In this document: positions 33,830 to 34,484 of the stretch, piece after piece
How positions within the stretch are numbered: position 1 is the first letter of the stretch
How the letters are laid out: each line of letters opens with the position of its first letter
From: Conidiobolus incongruus B7586
Lineage: Eukaryota
Assembly (NCBI GenBank): GCA_000697335.1
Contig: JNEM01011698.1
Location: 1-34,484 of the forward strand
Direction: 5' to 3'
Length of the DNA: 34,484 nucleotides
Translations under genes and position numbers: made by a program
Notes under the pieces: model-generated
What the model was told of the DNA's origin: nothing
What the model saw: the letters and a program-made list of their open reading frames with translations, nothing else
The model's database searches: none

Positions 33830-34484
33830 GCAATATATATTAGTATTTTATAATAATATTATCTATTATATCATTTAATATAAATATATTAGTTAATATA
33901 TTTTAAATCACATATAATCTCAATGATATTTTAGATTAATTATGTCATTCCTAATTAAAGTCCTTTTTTACCCTATAGTCTATTTAAACCCAATTATTGT
34001 TATAAATTTGATTTTTTTTCTTACTATTATAAGTTTTGATATTTTATATCTCTCCTGACTCATAAGAACAAAAAGTGATCCTTGAATACCTCTTTCAATA
34101 TCACAACAGGCAGTGGTATTGAATATGTGACTTATGAATAACTTCAAATTTTTTTCATTTTTTCTTTTCTGAATAATTTTTGAATTATTTAAATAATTCA
34201 TCAGTTACCAAATTTATATTCGATAAAGCAATAGTAACATAAATCAAATAATTATAAAATATATTTTTCACAGATTTAAAATAATTCAAGTGTTATTGAA
34301 TATAATAATATTATTTTATATTTATTAATTTATATTTTTAATAAAGTTAATAATTACACAAATTTATAAATATTACCATAGAATTAAAAAAATAAGAAAT
34401 TTTTTTATTTTTAATTTTTTAAATATATTATTAATTTCAAATAAAAATATATATACAAAACAAATAAGAAAATAAATATTTTTA

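Noticed and set aside
1..34484. CRISPR array, rRNA or prokaryotic operon structure
   Set aside because: No regularly spaced repeat-spacer units or rRNA-like sequence were seen. Gene spacing, membrane-anchored P450s and the tRNA type indicate a eukaryotic nuclear locus.

Overview
Very AT-rich eukaryotic DNA, most plausibly from an early-diverging fungus. That assignment is inference from base composition, intronless genes and the AGHDTT / CIGMNFSLxEQ P450 signature. The window is dominated by a tandem array of eight related intronless cytochrome P450 loci. Five have intact ORFs (7406-8884, 13059-14537, 17173-18660, 20028-21509, 23824-25302). Three are damaged to different degrees: 1204-2696 (nonsense codon plus frameshift), 31118-32595 (1-nt frameshift just after the true ATG plus substitutions at conserved sites) and 27217-28680 (heavily decayed, not represented as a P450 in the ORF track). 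There is also a multi-pass membrane protein gene and a tRNA-Ala(AGC). Reading through stops and frameshifts in the intergenic DNA reveals two fossil transposons the ORF track misses. The first is an IS607-family element at about 5056-7161 (+): a serine-recombinase TnpA relic, then a TnpB/Fanzor2 RNA-guided nuclease relic, then a structured, comparatively GC-rich 3' end where the omegaRNA scaffold is expected. The second is a mariner-type transposase relic at about 22520-23470 (-). Both, and the old P450 pseudogene, are eroded mainly by C->T/G->A changes, suggesting a RIP-like or methylation-deamination process. All homology calls were made by eye from manual translation and need profile searches to confirm.
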